Positions 59,708 to 64,000 of a DNA stretch of 64,000 nt are shown in pieces. Position numbers and translations under genes: made by a program. Numbering within the stretch: the stretch's first letter is position 1; every line of letters begins with the position of its first letter. Source of the DNA: Macrostomum lignano (Eukaryota); NCBI GenBank assembly GCA_002269645.1, contig NIVC01000296.1, forward strand, positions 186,001 through 250,000, read 5' to 3'. Under the pieces are notes generated by a model. It was not told the DNA's origin, did no database searches, and saw nothing but the letters and a program-made list of their open reading frames with translations.

Positions 59708-61558
59708 TCAAATCACGGAGGTTGAAAATGCGGTCTCGTCGTGTACATCGTAGAGTCCCACAAAGCCTCCATCAGCGTTGGCGTCGTCTTTCAACTGCGC
59801 GATCTCGGCGAAGACGCTGGCCAACGGCTGGAACTGCGGCTGCCAGGCTGTCAGGTGCGACGGCAGCCGGGGCTGAGCCGTGTTCAGCCCGACGGGGAAG
59901 CCGCCGACTCCGCTGACGCCGTTGGAGCCACCGAAGCCAGCGGCACCAGCGGCAGCCCGCGGCAGCTCCAGCAGGCTGGGCACCGGGGTGGCTTGGTACG
60001 GATCCTCGCTCCACAGGCTGGCCGCGGAGTGGAATCGCCTGCCGGCGCCAGCGCTCAGAGGCGACGGTCGCAGCTCCGGGGTCACGCCAAGCCGGTGCAG
60101 ATACTCTCGATGGTCCTTAGGCAAGGAGGCTCCGTCAGTCTGTCCTGTCGATATGAAATTCAGCGGCTGCTGTTGCTGCTGCTGGTGGTGATGCAGCTGC
60201 TGCGATTGATGGTCTTCGTCTGACGCGGCGCTGCCAAGTCCGGAGCTGTGCGCGGTGCCGCTCAGTCGAGTCAACTCCGTCATTGTCCTCGGCGGCGGCC
60301 TCGGCGGTTGGAGTCCGGCGGCCGCCGCGGCAACGACAGCGGCCACGTTCTGGTCGAAGCACGAGTCGTACAGCGTGGAATTGGGCGATGCTGAGTTTGC
60401 GGCTCCTGCCGCGGCCGCTGCCTCCCTTCTCTTGGCTCGACTCGAATGCAGACCGCGCTTTCCAGCCAGTTGCCGGCGGCGATGCACGCAGACTGCCACG
60501 ACTACCGCGACGACAATGATAGCAACCAAGACGAAGAGGCCTGCGAGGATGGCAGCCAGCGGTGGAGTGGCAAGGCCTGTCGAGGGTGGCTTCATCTCCA
60601 GCGGCACTGGCATGGTCAGCTGGACGACTGCGTCGGTGAACAGAGCCACGCTGCTGGCACGCACTCGGAGGCTGTAGTTCGCCAGCACCGTGTCATCAGC
60701 TGCCGCCGCATTGAAAGCTCGCGCCAGGTAAACTTCGCCCGTGCTGGTGTTCACGCTGAACCGTCCGGCAGCCGCTTCGCTGTCGGCGTCGCAGTCCACG
60801 CCAGTCAGCGAGAAAGCAACCCGGCCGGCCGACCCGGCGTCCCTGTCCGAGGCGGCCAGACGAATTAGCGACTGTCCGATTGGTGGTGTGGATGCCAGGT
60901 TCAGCCGGTACTCGGCCAGGTCGAAGACCGGTTGGAACTCGTCGACATCCTGCACCAGCATCAGCAGCTGCTGCCTCTCCGCGCCAGCGCTGCAGTTGAG
61001 CCGCAGGCTGTAGGCAGTCGTGTTCTCGTAGTCGAGCATCCTCAGCGTTGTCAAGCGACCCGATTTGAGTTCGAACTCCGGACTGGCCGGCTCAACTGCG
61101 CAGTCGGTCGGCAGTTTGTCGCTGACCAGTGACCAGGCTGCGAGGCCTTCGCTCACCAGCAGAGCCAGCGGGTTCGCCGGTAGCGACGGCGCAGAAGCCG
61201 CAGCGTCGGTGAGAACCCGAAGACTGAGGCGGGCGAGGCTGGACAGCCGGACGTCGGAAGCGCGGACGAGGAATTCGAAGCCGACAAAGCCGGCGGCGCT
61301 GTCAGATGCGTCGATCTGAACCTCCGGCGGAGTCGAAAGTAGCGACACTCCCCCGCTTGCGGAATCTACGCCGAGCAGCGTCCCGTTGCCAAGCAACCGG
61401 TAGGTCACCTGACCGTTGATGCCGACGTCTGGGTCGTTCGCGGCCACCGTCAGGAGGCGAGATCCAACGGAGGCGGCCGCGGTGGACGCGACGAGGCTGG
61501 TTGCGTAGGGATCGCCAACGAACTTCGGCGCATTGTCGTTGGCGTCCTGCACCAAAAC
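59708..61558 (-). CDS. ds: Dachsous protocadherin, last exon (final cadherin repeats, TM, cytoplasmic tail)
   Basis: cccgcag|GTT; DANDNAP, DPDVGING, DYE, DVDEFQP, DRDAG cadherin motifs; TM; SSGLGSAASDED and WQPQFQPLASVFAEIAQLKD match Dachsous/DCHS intracellular motifs. Confidence 0.93.
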   Translation of the reverse strand, partial: VLVQDANDNAPKFVGDPYATSLVASTAAASVGSRLLTVAANDPDVGINGQVTYRLLGNGTLLGVDSASGGVSLLSTPPEVQIDASDSAAGFVGFEFLVRASDVRLSSLARLSLRVLTDAAASAPSLPANPLALLVSEGLAAWSLVSDKLPTDCAVEPASPEFELKSGRLTTLRMLDYENTTAYSLRLNCSAGAERQQLLMLVQDVDEFQPVFDLAEYRLNLASTPPIGQSLIRLAASDRDAGSAGRVAFSLTGVDCDADSEAAAGRFSVNTSTGEVYLARAFNAAAADDTVLANYSLRVRASSVALFTDAVVQLTMPVPLEMKPPSTGLATPPLAAILAGLFVLVAIIVVAVVVAVCVHRRRQLAGKRGLHSSRAKRREAAAAAGAANSASPNSTLYDSCFDQNVAAVVAAAAAGLQPPRPPPRTMTELTRLSGTAHSSGLGSAASDEDHQSQQLHHHQQQQQQPLNFISTGQTDGASLPKDHREYLHRLGVTPELRPSPLSAGAGRRFHSAASLWSEDPYQATPVPSLLELPRAAAGAAGFGGSNGVSGVGGFPVGLNTAQPRLPSHLTAWQPQFQPLASVFAEIAQLKDDANADGGFVGLYDVHDETAFSTSVI

Positions 61559-61687
61559 CTGCGGGTTCAGTGAGAAAATCAGCCTGTGACTACTTTAATT
61601 AGCATGATGAGCGAAATTTTCGTGACCTTTACTGTTGCTCTAATATTAAATTGGCTCTTCACAGTAAGAGACCGTTTTTAAGGCCTA

Positions 61688-61960
61688 GGGGGTTTAGCCT
61701 AGTGGTTAGAGCGTCGGACTTGAAGGTCGGGGGTTTGATTCTCGATCCACTGGAACAATTTGTGTCCTTGAGCAAGACACTCAACTCTGCATTGCTGGAA
61801 ATGAGTGCCAGCATTAGCTGGGGTAATTGAGGGTGTGTAGCGACTCCCCAGTCCTTGGACTGAACAGCCGTACGCAGCCTTCAGATGCGCCGCGCAATGG
61901 CTGCGGCTGAGCTGTCGGTTGCACATCTGGCCATTAGGGCAGGTGTAATCAATTATTATT
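61688..61960 (+). mobile_element. tRNA-derived CORE-like SINE (copy 3), in Dachsous intron
   Basis: A-box TAGTGGTTAG, degenerate B-box, GTGTCCTTGAGCAAGACAC, same 3' tail, ends in (ATT)n. Confidence 0.85.
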
Positions 61961-62164
61961 TAATATTATCGAATACTAACCGGTGGTAGATACCATCAAT
62001 TGCGGTCAATTTGTAAATAAAATTTTCGTCGGTATAATCTCAAAATTACATTTAAAAACTTGTGTCAAAATCATCTTGACAGCTCAAGCAACTGAAGAGC
62101 GGCTGAAACTAAGTTATAAACAAGAAACTTTAATTTGGTTTAAATGGTTTAAATGTTTTTTCGG

Positions 62165-62368
62165 CAATGTGAAGTTTCGGCCTTATGAAAGAGCGTGCTA
62201 ATCATTTTGGCAAAGTGAAGTTTCGGCCTAGTGAAGTTTCGGCCTAGTGAAAGAGGCTGCTAAAATGATTTTTCCGCAATGTGAAGTTTCGGCCTAGTGA
62301 AGTTTCGGCCTTGTGAAGGAAGATGCTTTCGGCGAAGTGAAATTTCGGCCTAGTGAAACCCCCCCAGC
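62165..62368. repeat. GTGAAGTTTCGGCCTAGTGAA repeat cluster, possibly one arm of a foldback element
   Basis: About 7 copies of GTGAAGTTTCGGC ending in GAAACCCC; no opposite arm found. Confidence 0.7.
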
Positions 62369-62905
62369 GCCGCGCTCCTCAGCTGATTGACAGCAGCAGG
62401 GGGAGAGTTTGCCTGGCTTGAGTGTCCTTTCCCAGCCCGGCAACCAGACACTCCTCTTGCTCCCCCCCCCTTCCTGCTTGTCGCGCACAATAAATGGCAC
62501 AAGCGGCGGCCCTCTGACTACGCAGAATTCATTCTCTTCTTTAGATTCTCCCAACATGCTCACCCCAGCGTGAGGGATGCTGCAGTGAGCTGCTGACAGT
62601 CCCTTCCTGTGTTGGTACTTTGGAACCCGCAAAACTGCATTAGGACTGAACTATATTAGCTTTAACTATGAGTAATTCTATAGAGATTCCAATTCTGTCC
62701 TTTTTATTCATTTTATTGTTTGCTGGCACCTGTGCTTTTTTGCCAGTTGATTTAGGGAAATACCATCCAATGACTATGGGCATATGCGGATTTGAATTTT
62801 GTACTTTTAAACCGTTTTGCATGGCTTTTTTAAATTTCATTACATCTCCCATCTCTCTCTCTATATATATATCCTGACTCCAACTCAATCTCAATCCTCT
62901 CTCAC

Positions 62906-63417
62906 CCTGACGGTGGCGTTGACACCCAGGCTCGGCAGGCCGCTGTCCCAGCAGGCCACCTGGAAGCGGTGCTCCGCCTGAGACTCCCGGTCCAACCGCT
63001 TCGTCAGTACCAGCCGGCCCGTGTGCCGCACCGCCTGCACCGGCGGAGGCTCCGAGCCCGCCGCGGGGACCACCTCAACTGACGTCGTCTGGCCGGCGTC
63101 CTCGTCGACGCAGACTGCGACGCCCACAGCTCGACCAATCGGCGTCGCCTCCGACACCGTCAGCACGATGTCGCCGGTGGCGGCGCTGACATTCCGGAAG
63201 GCCGGCGGTCGCGAGTTCGAGGCCTGATAGCTGACCAGCACCGTGGCGAAGTCGGCGGATGTCGTCGTCGATCCGGACGACAGCGGCAGCGTCGCCTTGA
63301 CAACGAAGGCAAAGTCGGCGGCCTCGAGAACGGCCCGGCTCGGCCGGAGTTCCAGGCCGACCAGCTGAAACGGCGGCGGCTGTGGCAGCGTCGGATCGGC
63401 GACAATCGACAAGGACA

Positions 63418-63452
<35 letters not shown>

Positions 63453-64000
63453 ACAAGCTCTAAAGTGCCGACCGGATCTGTCAGCGAGGCGCCCAACCTG
63501 GCAACAAAGAAGAAAAAGCCGCGGACGAACTTGGCGCCGCCAGCCGAGGCGTTGAGTCGGACGCGGAAGCTGCCAGACGCCGAGTGTTCGCCACCGTCCA
63601 CGACAGTCACGCTGAGGTTGAAGTCGGACCGGTCGGGTTTGCCGACCAGCCAGAGGTCGCCGGAGAATCGGCCGATGGCGAACACCGTTGAATGCGTCGA
63701 CGGCTCGATGGCCAGGCTGTAGGCCAGCGGAGGGTAGCCATCAAGGTCCGTGGCTCGAATCTGGGTCAGCCGCTGACCGGGCCGGGCATCGGCGGCCAAG
63801 GTCAGGTCGGGATTCGGTTGCAGCAGCGGCTTCTGGTTGTTCAGATTGACGATGCGGACCAGCAAAGTGCACTTGGCCGTCATCAGCGGGTCATCTTCGG
63901 AGGCGGCTACCACGGCCAAGGAATGGTTGGACTGCAGACTGTAGTCCGGCGGAGTGGCCACGGTCACCAGCCCGGTGTCTTCGTTGATGGCGAAGCCGCT
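62906..64000 (-). CDS. ds: Dachsous protocadherin, penultimate exon (runs off window end)
   Basis: Open to 64000; cadherin motifs (NLNNQKP, ATDLDG, LDRE, DSGLPSL); donor AGG|gtgaga phase 0 joins NATVR|VLVQDANDNAP. Confidence 0.92.

Noticed and set aside
59741-61319. Multiple plus-strand ORFs
   Set aside because: Antisense or alternative frames of the GC-rich Dachsous exon.

Overview
Eukaryotic (metazoan) genomic DNA. GC-rich exons with Ala/Gly/Gln runs are separated by AT-rich introns packed with micro- and minisatellites and short non-autonomous transposons. The style suggests a repeat-rich flatworm such as Macrostomum, but that is inference and not verified. Five spliced genes can be reconstructed on the minus strand from GT/AG sites, intron phase and recalled family motifs: (1) a highly divergent, signal-peptide-bearing FGF-family ligand (3 exons, 7465->2223) that the ORF track does not show as one protein; (2) a METTL7/TMT1-like methyltransferase (2 exons); (3) a PGAP2/FRAG1-like protein (5 exons); (4) an SLC16 monocarboxylate transporter (8 exons over 18 kb, one apparent 1-nt frameshift); (5) the last two exons of Dachsous. 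There is also a probable orphan gene on the plus strand (54116-55417). Non-coding items: three copies of a tRNA-headed CORE-like SINE, two foldback/Mutator-like elements with 9-bp TSDs, a composite hAT-like element with an 8-bp TSD, a deleted PIF/Harbinger element, MITEs, a 7-kb (GACT/AACT)n array with higher-order structure, and a Penelope-type minimal hammerhead ribozyme motif in a unique island of that array. All homology calls are by eye; no database search was run.
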